A stretch of 63,962 nt of DNA, counting the filler, from Parasitella parasitica NRRL 2501 (Eukaryota > Fungi > Mucoromycota), in the NCBI GenBank assembly GCA_025201805.1. It is 8 parts of 8 records of this genome, joined end to end, with 100 filler letters (N's around TTAATTAATTAA, not from the genome) between each part and the next. Parts side by side here need not be neighbours in the genome. Positions count along the whole stretch, not along the records: positions 41,706 to 53,197 come from MU619300.1; positions 53,298 to 56,176 come from MU619498.1; positions 56,277 to 57,725 come from MU619240.1; positions 57,826 to 61,964 come from MU619380.1; 4 more parts are not named here. One strand, given 5' to 3'. A model generated the notes under the pieces. It had not been told where the DNA came from. It saw nothing but the letters and a program-made list of their open reading frames with translations, and searched no databases. Of the stretch, positions 50,101-61,964 are shown in pieces. Both the position numbers and the translations under genes were made by a program. The stretch's first letter is position 1, and every line of letters starts with the position of its first letter.

Positions 50101-51280
50101 AGGTCCGTTACAGATATGCAAGTGCTATCATTAGAAAGCCAAGAAGCACAAAATTTGAATAAATTAAATTTAAATTGTTTTTATTTTGAATTGGGTAAGT
50201 TATGACTTTTCAAAGCTAATGCTTCCTTCAAAAAACCACTATTTTTCTTGGATGGCGGCAATTAAACGTGTCCAAAACAAGGAAGGAAAAATTCTTTCAG
50301 ATACTCCATTTGGACAATTCGAGAACAAAAATTACTCTTTTAAGGCAAGATATCATTCTCTGATACTATGCATACCATGGCTGTCATTCTATGATAATAG
50401 CTGTAGTTTTGGGCGCTCTACACGATGGTATCATTTCATAATCCCCATATGTTTATGGAAGGAATTCTGTTGAAAAAACCTCAAAATCAGATCAAGCGAG
50501 AAAAGTCAATATTTTGCTTAATCAGAGCGCATCTCCAGTCTTTCAGATCAAGGATTGGTCTTTTGCGATCATTTTCCTCTAATATATGCTATAGTAAAAA
50601 GTTTTATTTTTGAGGTCAAAATTGAGGATAATGCATAACTGATGATTTTGGATGTGTGGATACAAGGAAAAAACTGAAAAAAATCGGTCATTTTGCATCG
50701 AAAAAAAAATCATGCTCAAATTGTACCAAAATCATATATAATATTGTTTATTCCCAATGGATACTATTTCCGGTGTAATCAGGGCACAGGAAGCTCAAGT
50801 TTTTGCTTTTAAGCTGTAAAAAAAATATCTATCTGCAGATGATATCACGCCAATGTCAATTCTAATACATGACACAGCTCTATAAAGTAAGTATTCTTGA
50901 TGCCACAAGTATACATTTCTTTATAGTAGTATGGCAAAACAGGTATGGCTCATCGAGTTGGAAGCAAAAGAGGATAATTAATGAATCCAACGTTTTTTCT
51001 GTAATAACCCCTTGCTATTTGCGAATAATTACCAAGTTGCCAATTGCTAGTGGCAGAGAGGCCCTATTACCATTGTTGCTTATATAAATGATAAATTTAA
51101 GTTCTAGAGTTCCTTTTTTTTTTGTAATTTCAATGCTAAACTTGTAAAAATAGAAAGTAAAATAGATTAGGATTGAGGTTGAGGGTAATTTTACTAACAA
51201 AAGTTAAGCTTCATAATAAGCTTCTGGTTGATTCCAAGTTCCAGACACTGTACTATAGAGTATCAAATTCTGAATAGGGG

Positions 51281-51343
51281 ATAATTTGCTATAACGAACG
51301 CATTTTTGTACACCAACCCGTCCGTTTTAACGAATCTCGACTG
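51281..51343. mobile_element. Orphan pogo/Tigger-like terminal inverted repeat
   Basis: GCTATAACGAA...CGTTTTAACGAATCTCGACTG followed by TA. No partner end found. Confidence 0.5.
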
Positions 51344-51516
51344 TATATTCTTTCCTTAATATTGGATATGCTGACTTAACTCAACAGATGTAACACAAAA
51401 TGGTAGTAATGCGAAGTTAAAAAAATAGAGATTGTCATTAGCTGAATATGCTATAATTTTTCATTATGTAAATGCATAATTTGACGGATATATACCTTAT
51501 TAGTATATGTAGTTTA

Positions 51517-51558
51517 ATACTTTGGTACTTTGATACTTTGATACTTTGATACTTTGAT
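51517..51558. repeat. Tandem 8-mer (ATACTTTG) x5
   Basis: Read directly from the sequence; one mismatch. Confidence 0.9.
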
Positions 51559-52200
51559 GGTTTTTGTGGTTTAACCTTTTTTTTTTTTTTGGTTTAAATA
51601 CCTATGCAATTTTACAGACTCGTCTAAATATTTGAGTTTATTTAGATGTCTAATATCTAACGGATATATCTCAAATAATTCATCAATTATGAAATTCAAA
51701 CAATTTTGTGGTAAAAGGTTTAAATAGGCCACAGTGGATCATAGCAAATTAGAGCATATCTCCATCGGAGATGCCAAAAAAGCAGACAAAACATTTCCGG
51801 GTTGTAAAAAAAAAAGGGTGCTTTAAATGGCTTTTTGTTTAGTAATTGTCTCTGCTTGCTTACTGTTGCTTTGCTTTTTTGTTTCTGAAGCTCTTTGAAT
51901 TACTCCCTTGGCTCTTGAATCCATTGTATTCTCTTTTACTATTTTACTCTTACACTCTTGGAAAGTAAATTCACCCAATGACGAAAATGAATTCGCCCTG
52001 AAAGAAAATCAATTCACCTGATGACAGGAACAAAATTCGTGTTGTACGAAATATAAATTCGTCTTGGCTGACAAATCATATGTCCTGTTGCCAAGATTGT
52101 TTTGTAGGATAAGTCTTGACAAACTTTGAATATAAAAGAGCACGCCTAGTGTTTGTCTGTGTTTACTTCTTTTTCACAATTGCATCACAAATCACAGATA

Positions 52201-52919
52201 ATGAACATTCAATTCTTGCTTGAAAATGGGAAAGGATCTGTCGTCGACGAGTATGGCAGACCTGAACCAATGGATTAGATTGTCGATGAGGAACAGTTTC
52301 GTCTTGAAACGTTGAGTTTTTATACACAATATTTAGCTCAACTGCCTCTGGAGAGCGAGAAAAGGATAGATGCAATGCAGGTAGAAAAGAAGGCAAAAGC
52401 CTAACGGTGGTGTTATTATGAGGGAGATTTCAGTGAAGCGAAATTATACACACTATTCTGATCAGGACAAAGTGAGGTTCTTCAAACTGTTGTTTGAGAG
52501 ATGTTTGAGTGCGGCCGCTGCTGTAAAACAACTTGGGATTCATGTTCGTACAGCACAAAAATGGGCTGCGCAATACGAGAAAGATCCTGACAGCATCTTT
52601 GAGAAACGGAGAAAGACTGGCCGTCCACGTATTCTCCATGACGAACACAAAAGCGCTATTCTCGAGTGCATTGATGAGAATCCTTCCATCGTCCTAGACG
52701 AAGTATTGAAGAAGTTTAAGCAAATTTTTACCGAATTAAAAGTATCTAAAACTACCTTGTTCGATTTTGTAAAAACAACATTGCAATTTATCTCTTAAGA
52801 AAGCTCAGCTTCAACCCATAAATCGGAATAGTGAAGAAAAGATTCAAGAGCGCTTAGATTGGGTTCGTAAATGGGAAAAAACAGACTTGGATTTTACGAA
52901 AAACTGTGTCTTTCTTGAG
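52201..52919 (+). pseudogene. Tc1/IS630-like transposase, N-terminal half
   Basis: HTH SAAAAVKQLGIHVRTAQKW, TGRPRIL, frameshift at ~52778 into CNLSLKK...RNSEEKIQERLDW...NCVFL, truncated at the first catalytic Asp. Confidence 0.85.
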
Positions 52920-53297
52920 AAACCGGAAAGATTGTCGTTTTTTTTTCAAAATTTGATGGTGCTTCTTCTGCTTCAGATGGAGCATTCATTTTGTCGAGAT
53001 GGCGGCAGCACAAGCACTGAATTGTCGCTGACTTGACATTAAGCTGGCATATGCCATTTTTTTTGACGTGCCATGCTGTACTATTTTTTTACAGTCAAAG
53101 AAAATGAGACCAGAATAGGGCTGTCGCAAAAATAAGCATCTTCGAAAGCATTTTCATAAGCATCTTCATAAGCATCTTTTAAAATGCCGCGTTATATNNN
53201 NNNNNNNNNNNNNNNNNNNNNNNNNNNNNNNNNNNNNNNNNTTAATTAATTAANNNNNNNNNNNNNNNNNNNNNNNNNNNNNNNNNNNNNNNNNNNN

Positions 53298-53748
53298 TAT
53301 TTCTCTCGTTTATTCTTACAGTAATTTCTTTTGGCTTAACAAATCCAAAATCCTTTCTGCTGCTTTCAAATGTCCACAGGTAGTCAAGATACTGGCTGAG
53401 TAGTGCTTTTCTTTTCTCCAAGTCTTTCTCGGCTCTTATCTTGCAATACCAATCATACCATTCATTAAATTGCTTTAGGAAGTCATAATCACGATCTCTG
53501 ATAAGAACCTCTTCTCCATCAACATCGACATAACGACGGGGATAAAAAAAATGGTAATTGTCATCAATCTTGTTCTTTTTATGATTGTTTTCCTTGCATG
53601 TGCCATCATTTTGCTTGCAATCATCATCACATTTTCTTTTTTGAGATGCAGAAACAATTGCATCACCAGTACTGCTGTTGCTGCCTCCTGCCGTTTCTTC
53701 AGTATTGACGATCTTGTTATTTTGGTTTGCTTGATTGTTGTCGCTCAT
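53298..53748 (-). CDS. Hypothetical protein fragment, runs into a gap
   Basis: Open frame MSDNNQAN...VRINERN. Low-complexity N-terminus, aromatic-rich helical region; possibly TE cargo. Confidence 0.4.
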
Positions 53749-54098
53749 TTTTATGGTAATAAAATGTAGACTTTGTAAATTTTGTAGTAAAGATGGATTA
53801 GCCAAGGTGTCCAAAAACGTTCAATTTATTTATAAGACAAAAAATGATAGAGGTCGAAGTGACAATAAAAGCAAAAAGTGAATCATTAGTGATGGATTAG
53901 TCGATTAATTTGTTTCGATTTCTTTTTTAAATCAGACATCGTTTTAGCGGTAGATCAAGCATTAATAATAAACTTCAATCACAAAATTCTGCCAGATCAA
54001 GAATTGAATGCACTTAAAATGTGTGTGTGCTCTGAAAAATAAGAAAAAACGTAAAAAAGCAAAGATGGTGATAACAAAAGCACATACGATGCATTTTT

Positions 54099-54240
54099 GT
54101 TTCTGGCAATAATTTTGAATAATATGTGATAAATCAATCACTTTTTTTAGTTTCTGTGATTATTTTGAATGTTTGGTGATAAATCCATCACTTTTTTTTT
54201 TTTCAGTGATGATTTTCAATTTTCAGTGATAAATCAATGT
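54099..54240. repeat. ~50-bp period minisatellite x3
   Basis: Units contain TTTCWGTGAT..TTTTGAAT...GTGATAAATCAATCAC with an internal GTGAT/ATCAC palindrome. Confidence 0.7.
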
Positions 54241-54419
54241 CTGATGGCAATTTTTCAAATAAAAAGTTGCGAGAAAAAAACTAGAAGGGAGTTTCAGTTA
54301 ATGGTTACGATACTTGAGTGATTAACTTTCACATTTTGTGTGTAAAATCTAATCACTGGTGCTTATTTTGGACACCTAGTCGCTAAAGCATCACCAGTAG
54401 TTAGGATTTTATCACACAA

Positions 54420-56060
54420 GTTGACCATGGTGTTCTTAGGTTACCAACAAACATGAGGGTTCAACAAGCCATGTCATTACATAACGCTGCATTGGCCACC
54501 TCATTGCAAAATTTTGCTGATTTTTTGCTTGCTATTGGCAATGGCTCCTTTTCTATTCAGCCCAGTACAGCCGACTTGATTCGTATTCCCGAATATATGC
54601 TTCTGCATGGCAATGATATTTCTGTCCTCTGCCAACATGTCTACAACAACTTTGCACACACTGCTGATACAACCCGTAACAACTTGATGTCTAAGGCCAT
54701 CCTGACGCCGACCAATGCTTTTGTTTTTGAAGTAAATGACTTCATGCTTGAGAAGTTTCCCGGCGAATTTGTTGTATCCATATAAAGGCTACATATGTCA
54801 TATCTAACTTAGTCATAATGCACGGATCATGATATTAAATGTTGGTAATTCTTTTACAAATAAGCAATAAGCTACAAGTTTTAATTGGACCTCTTGCAAG
54901 GTTCCAGGCTTATTCAAAGAATACATCTAGATCAGATCGCGGGATGTCGGGAAGACATTCTACCCAATCTTCTCTTTAATGTAAATAGAAAGATAATAGG
55001 TCTGTCCTGGAAATGCTGTGATTTAGGTTTGACACTTCTTGTCAAACATCAGATGATGTTATGTGGATAAACATTGATTGGGATGTATTTTAGTATAAAT
55101 AGAGATCATATCTTATATCAATAAAAGTCTTCAGTTTTGTATCTGGTTTTATTCAGAAAAGTCTTTATTACTTTATACAAAGCATATTTACATAACATTA
55201 CGCTGCGCCCTTTGACACTGGCACAACCGAATTCACTGAATTCCTGAGTACTGACACGGCGTTGAGTGAAGACGATGCTTTAGAGCTGCCATCAGAATTC
55301 ATGAATTCTCTCAACTGTGGTAGTCTTCCACCTCACCAGCTCAAGTTGAAAATTGGCTCGCCAATAATGATGCTCAGAAACATCGATCCTGCTCACGGTG
55401 TTTGTAATGGTACAAGGCTTATGTATTTGTCGAGCATTCACAAGGAACACTATCCAGGCTGAAGTTGCAACTGGACCTTATCAAGGCAATGTTGTGCTCA
55501 TACCCAGAGTTACCTTAAACTCGACAGTTGAGCAAGTCGGCGTAGAATTCAAGCGTTGTCAGTTCCCTGTCAGACCAGCTTTTGCCATGACGATAAATAA
55601 ATCGCAAGGTCAAACTCTGGACTCTGTAGGGCTGTATCTTCCAGTCCCAGTTTTCTCGCATGGCCAATTATACGTCGCCCTATCTCGGGTTAAAAGGCCA
55701 GATGACATCAAAATTTTGGTTGTTTCTCAATCATCATCAATCCCAAGCCAAGAAGGAGTATATACATCAAACGTTGTCTATACTGAGATTTTTCGAAATC
55801 AACCAACTTGACTCGAGGATTTAAACAAAAAAATCCATGCCAAACAATCGTTATACATCATATTTTTATACAATACAAAAATGTTATTTTCCCACCCATT
55901 GTTTTATATTTCGTTTAATTTAGCATTGTGTTAAGTGGGACAGCCCGCTGCAGGCGCGAGCTGTGCACCCCCCAATAAGAACGAAGGTCGAAAAATATCA
56001 CCGTAGCGAAGCGAAGGTCGATTTTTTTTCACCGTAGTTCGGGGGGTGGAAAACAGCTCG
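54420..56060 (+). mobile_element. Helitron 3' part: Pif1-like helicase pseudogene and 3' terminus
   Basis: NMRV, FADFLLAIGNG, AILTPTN, LPPHQLKLKIGSPIMMLRN...CNGTRL, QFPVRPAFAMTINKSQGQT, FSHGQLYVALSRV. LTR insertion and a frameshift at ~55420. GC-rich hairpins, then CAGCTCG|T. Confidence 0.9.
54770..55228 (+). mobile_element. Solo LTR, family A (459 bp)
   Basis: TGTTGT...ACAACC (other copies end CAACA) with TSD GAATT at 54765-54769 and 55229-55233. TATAAATA at ~55094, AATAAA at ~55120. Removal restores FPGEF|TEFLSTD. Confidence 0.92.
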
Positions 56061-57336
56061 TTTCTACTAATAAAAGTGTAAATCTTTGTGTTATGTCAAA
56101 AGTCTGATAAAATAAATCTGCCAAAGAATTACACTTTTATTCATAATACATCTCTCGATGTATTATAGACACATTCNNNNNNNNNNNNNNNNNNNNNNNN
56201 NNNNNNNNNNNNNNNNNNNNTTAATTAATTAANNNNNNNNNNNNNNNNNNNNNNNNNNNNNNNNNNNNNNNNNNNNTTGACATTGACACCCAAACGACGT
56301 ATAATGCAAAAAAAAATTTCATACATAGCATCATCTTTAGCTATTGCCTATATTCAGCAGTAAAAGTAGTCAGTCATTTAGTTGCTACAAACAATTTAAT
56401 GCACATAGCAATACCATGCTCTCAAATGAAAGATTAAACTGAGTAAAGCCTCTATATACAGTATTATTGACAAAAGGATTAATAGTTTGTTAGAATAGAC
56501 TCGAATACATATACCATAATGATAGCAATATATAAAATATGCAGCGTATCATTTCTTCTTACCAAGCTATACTGCAAGCTTTTTCTTTATAATGAAAAAG
56601 AAGCTACAATTTCTTGTGATGAAACTAAAGATACGTGAAGATGTTATTACTCTGTATAATGTACTAATATTTGGCACAAATGTGCTAACGTTGTATGTTT
56701 TTTAAGTTAAAATACCAGCTCACAAAGTTGTATAAAGATACATAAAACAAAAGAAAAAGGCCAAGGAGAGCTAACAAAAAAAGCTAAAATATGCATTCGG
56801 TCATCACAATATGCAATGTTTTGGGCTAAGCATGCAGAAAGAAGCCAATGGAAAAACACCGCTACAAGAGGTCATCTCAACATTTGAAAGCAAACATGTA
56901 CAAACAAAATATATACTTTATTCAAGTATATTGCTACTGGTGCTAGCATTATTACCACCAGCGTCTTCTTCAACATCTTGAACAACACTTTGGTTAGAAA
57001 TAGGTATTTCTTCGTCACTTTTTGCTTTCAGATGAACATTTTTATGATCGTGCGAGCATAAATAAACTTTTACTCAAAACAGATGCGATCTTTGGAATGC
57101 AATATCTCAACGAATATTTGGTAGCAAATGTTACTACCAGCACAAAAAAAAACCGAAATGTCTCAGAAATAATATTATATAATTGAAAATGAGCTATCTC
57201 AACTTTTTTTTTATAAACGCACATTCCATGGCAAAATTATTTAAGTTCTCAAAAGCACATAAATACTCCCATGACCCTAATAATGTTCCCATTTGAGCAC
57301 ATTTATGTTCACGAAGAACATCCAGGAGGCCTTAGT

Positions 57337-57630
57337 GTAGTGCGTATCTAGAAACTGGGAATACGCATCTGAAGCATAGATCTTATATAGCATAAGCTCG
57401 TAGCATATACTAAATCTAGTAAATGTCTAAGGCTCGTGTCGAGATATATAAGTATCAGTCTTCTATAGCGTCATCCATCCTAATGGTGCCGTCTCTAGCT
57501 TATATCTTATATAGTATAAATCTGTATTGCACATCTTATTATCTGTGCGCATATGTAGTTTATATCAATTTAAGGTAACTAGATGAATCTAGAAGTGGAA
57601 TGCAGATCATCATGGTGAATGTATTTCACA
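57337..57630 (-). mobile_element. LTR family C fragment (inverted) abutting A/B module B (57631-57725)
   Basis: Reverse complement of ~35878-36160; ends GTATTTCACA. Confidence 0.8.
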
Positions 57631-57825
57631 GATATCACAAATTTACATATCAGAATTGCATATAATCGATCCTAGGCTTCCATAAACAGCAAAATAAACA
57701 CTGTCTTATGCGCCATAAGTACAGGNNNNNNNNNNNNNNNNNNNNNNNNNNNNNNNNNNNNNNNNNNNNTTAATTAATTAANNNNNNNNNNNNNNNNNNN
57801 NNNNNNNNNNNNNNNNNNNNNNNNN

Positions 57826-58085
57826 AAAAACAACACATTATCAAACAATACAGAAGTAATACACTTCTGTAAGCAAGTACCTGTTGGCTTCTTCATCCTA
57901 CGAAGACCTCTGTATAGAGCTTTGAGAGAAGCAATAGTCCTAGGAGGACCACTGGTTTTAACGTTGAAGTTGCTAGCCACTTCTTCCCAATCGTCATGGC
58001 CAAGGGGACCATACATAATGAGTAACCTCATGAGGTCAACCTTGTCCTTTGAAGTGTAGTTTTTAGAGTTTGCTTGTTTTGCCAT
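57826..58085 (-). CDS. Myb/SANT-like accessory protein of PIF/Harbinger element (5' exon, rest lost in a gap)
   Basis: PLGHDDWEEVASNFN...RTIASLKALYRGL...KPTG then a GT donor. Divergent from the transposase. Confidence 0.7.
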
Positions 58086-58737
58086 TATTATAGGTCCAAA
58101 ATTTAGATAATAGTGTTGCGAAAGATTATAAAAACGGTAGCTTATTTATAGCTTTTCACAATTAACACGTCCATATCCTTCAAACAAGGCTATGGGATCC
58201 GAAAAGCTGATATTTAGTCATGACAGTCAATTTGGCAGAACTAGAAGCTTGGTCCAGATTGTGATCCTGTGGAGATCTGCAGGATCAAAAATAAACGTTG
58301 ATACGAAGATTCGACTTTGCATCTGCTATTCATACTTTTTACAATTACATAAATTTTCGGTGACTTGGTTGAAATACTAATTGATGAGAGTAATTTGCAA
58401 GAAACATCACCCTTAACAGGGTACGATGTATTATTATACTACAAGGCTATTGATCTTTGATCTGACAGTACCTTAGTGTTTTACAATCACACAGATCTGT
58501 GTTACAGATAACGACTGTCTTGATTTGAAACAGAGACTTTATTCTCCTGTTTCAACGAGTATATATAACAACACATCGTTGGATAATCTCCAATCTTCAA
58601 TTGAAGTACATTATCATGATCTCCTATCTTATATTATGGCAGATCAATACGACTCGGTTCAAAATTATGGAAAATGTTTATATAAAATCCGAATGATCGT
58701 GTCATGTTTTATTATTTCTTTTATCTAGTCTCTCAAA

Positions 58738-59974
58738 ATGAATTCTAATAATACAATTGAAGAAGAATTTCTAATGTTTTTGACATTAGCTTTTGTTTAT
58801 GGGTTCACATTCTTATCCTATACTGAATCCTCTATCCGGTCAAGATATTATACTAACGCGGCTAGTATCCAGAGACCTGATGAATCAGTCACGCGAAAAT
58901 TGCTTGACCAACGTGAAGAAGGTGCCTTCATCGTTCATTTTGGCTTCGATCCATATACTTTTGATGTATTGCTCGATCTGTTCGAGAAAGAGTTTCCTCC
59001 TGCTGCACACACGCGCGCGCGCACTGGCCGACCTCGCTCGCTTGATGCTGAAATGACTTTGGCTTTGGCCTTGATGTTTCTTCATAACACAATGAAACAA
59101 GAAACCCTTGTTCTTATTTTTGGTGCCACTGCTGCTTCAATTAGTAGGGCTAAAAATTTAGGACTCACAATCCTCGAACGTATTTTCAGAAAAAGTAAAC
59201 ATGATCCTCGCTGGGATATATCGTGGCCTACACCTGAACAAATGGAGACCTTTAATGAAATAATCTTGTCAAACACTGAATGTGAGAACGAGCCAGATGT
59301 TTTGCTAGGCGTTTTCGGCTTTGTCGATGGCCTCAATTTGGTAATCAAAGATCCAGTCGACGAACGTGAACAAAATGCATATTACAACGGCTGGAAGTCC
59401 TGCTGCGTTTGTTCACAAATTTTAGTTTTCACTCCAGATGGCTGTATCTGCTATGTGAAGTAAGTATTACGACGAGATTATGCTCTTATTATGAGTCTGT
59501 ATACTAAACGTTGTCTTTTTTTATAGTGGCAATTGTCCCGGGTCATGGAATGATGCAGACATCGCCATTCCAATGTATGTAAATCTTCTAAACGAAAGTC
59601 GTTGTCCTGAGCCATATCGGTTGCTGGCGGATGCTGGGTTTCCTAATTCACTCGAGTATAAAGAAAAGATTCTTCGGGTTCTCAAGAAAAATGAGACGAA
59701 TGATTTGGTCTTAAATGAAGAAACACTTGATCGTTTCAAGGCCATTACAAAGCACAGGCAAGCAGCTGAATGGGGAATGAGGGCCATTCAATCTGGTTTT
59801 GGGCGACTTAGCCTGCCGTTAAGTGAAGATAAGGCAACCCGTGCACAACTACTGCACATCATATGGAGATTGCATAATTTTAGAACTAGATTGGTGGGCA
59901 TTAATCAAATTTCCACCGTTTACTTTAAAAAGTGGCAAGACGATCGAAACAATAATCGTTTCAGGTTTTCTTGA
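58738..59974 (+). CDS. PIF/Harbinger-like DDE_Tnp_4 transposase, 389 aa, apparently intact
   Basis: Exons 58738-59459 and 59527-59974 in frame. GFVDGLNL, YYNGWK, NCPGSWND, LADAGF, RQAAEWGMRAIQ, RLHNFRTR. Confidence 0.88.
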
Positions 59975-60111
59975 TTTGCATGACAGAAATAAACAATCTT
60001 TATTGACGTGAATAAACGCATATAAATCGTGGTTTATATCGGGATGAATCTCAATCTAACGGAGTTGACAAATGAATAAAATTTATTCATTTTTTAGTTT
60101 TGGAAGTCATC

Positions 60112-60183
60112 CACTAGTGAATCTAAGTAGACTGATGGGAGGATAAGATACAAGTGTGAGACATGGTGTGATTTAGAGAATGG
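60112..60183 (+). repeat. A/B repeat module A fragment, target of the Gypsy insertion
   Basis: Matches 25448-25519 and stops exactly at the LTR boundary. Confidence 0.75.
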
Positions 60184-60540
60184 TGTTTTAATATACGAAA
60201 TAGATATACAATTAAAACTGGATATATTTATTCGTATATAAAAAATAAGATGATTCTTCTCTACACAACATTTGCCTAGACTATTTATACTTTTTGAGTG
60301 CTGACATCGGTTGCATGTGAGAGTTATATGAATAACGATTATTTCCAAAGACAATTAAATAAAGAGACTACAAGCGATTATATCACGGAGAACGTAGGGT
60401 CTTTATTAAAGATTGAAAAGGAAGCCAGGATTGCTCTGGTCCTGGTTTCTAAAAGTCTTTATACAATTCCATTTGAATATCAGTGTCAATATTGGAATTG
60501 AGATGAGATTCAACCTTCAATTAATAGGCGAAAACCGACA
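60184..60540 (-). mobile_element. 3' LTR of Gypsy element
   Basis: On the minus strand it starts TGTCGG right after polypurine tract GAGTGGGGGAGAA (60553-60541), contains TATAAAA and AATAAA, and ends ...AAAACA. Confidence 0.8.
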
Positions 60541-60593
60541 TTCTCCCCCACTCAAACTCGACGCCAGTTCTAGTTGCTGATACACTAGGTTTT

Positions 60594-61964
60594 CTAAAGC
60601 CTATTTTTCTTTGATCTTTCGGTAATTGCATTGGTTTGGTTTGATTGTCCAAATTTGCGCTTGCCTTGTGGGATGTCAATTGAGTTTGCTAGACTTAGTT
60701 GCGGATGACGTTTGCTCATCTGTCTTGTAATGACCCCACGAGAACTGTGTGAAGCCTGAGTTGAATGAGGAAGGGTGGTGCTGTGCTTAACGGTTGTCGG
60801 ACTAGAGGTGGAGGAAGAAGGTTTGATTGTATTAACTTTTGACCTATCGTCAATGTGGCGATCCATGTCTAAATTAGGAGCTGCCACAATTTCTCGGTAT
60901 ATATTACTAGGGGTGAAATCATTTTTGATATGGCTTTTGACTTGTTTTCTTTTGTCATTGATTATTTTCTTTACTTCCACGGGTTTACCTGCATGATCTT
61001 TCTTTACTTTTTTCCAATATTCAATAATGAATTCGGTGTCAGTGAAATCATTTGCTTTGACCCATGAATTATGCTCCTTGCCATAGTTTTTCCACTTTAC
61101 AAGATATTCGCGATTTTGAGGGTCTCCACTATCTTGGATTATGGCTTCGACCTCAAACAGCTCGCTCTTGGGAATGATCTCCTCTTGGTTTATTGCTTTT
61201 AGCTCTGAAGCCACGTAGTTACGGGACATTAGCATGCCTTCTTCGTCACGTAAGATATATGCGCCACCCTCGTTTTGTCTAATCACTTGGTATGGGCCTA
61301 CGTACGACGGTGCAAATGCGTTTGTTTTATGTAGGATTTTATGCATCACGTATGTCCCTGGTTTAAAGTTTACTTGAACATTTTTCTGATCAATTTTACC
61401 ATTTAACTTATCAGTGTAACGCTTGTGCTGCTCTGCGATCGCTGGGAACACTAATTGACTCATATAGTCGATACGCTTCAAAAGCTCGTCATTTGTCATA
61501 TAACGCTTACTCTTCAACTTGCCGTCCGCATCATAATAATTGATTGGAGCGTTCATATTGCGAGCATACATCAGCGAGAATGGGGAGCTTTGTAACTTCT
61601 TCGAAATTTTGTTGTTTATCATCAGTGCGCAGATGGGTAAATAATTGTGCCAATCCTCAATATTTCCATTGAGTAATTTTGCTAACGTTTTCTTTACAGT
61701 ACCCACGTATCTTTCAGCGATACCGTTTCCTTGCGGGTGGTATTGTGTAGCATAGCGTTTTTCAATTTGCATGGATTGAAACAACATCGTATGCAATTGA
61801 TTCGACCATTCTGCACCATGATCCGACACTACGAAGAATCTGGGCAGACCGATGATGCCAAAAGCATCAATCATCGCAATAGCTACGCTTTTAGCTGTCT
61901 TGTCAACTAGAGGTTTCAGTATGACAAATCGAGTACAAACGTCCACCATTAGTAATAAGTATGT
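60594..61964 (-). mobile_element. Ty3/Gypsy chromovirus pol 3' end: integrase plus chromodomain
   Basis: VDVCTRF, VSDHGAEW, HPQGNGIAER (D-35-E), GPY motif, chromodomain FEVEAII...EYLVKWKNY...NSWV...YW. Confidence 0.93.

Noticed and set aside
56930-57050. Peptide EEDAGGNNASTS resembling EETAGGSNSSTG in the 53-kb ORF
   Set aside because: Short low-complexity match with no extension on either side.
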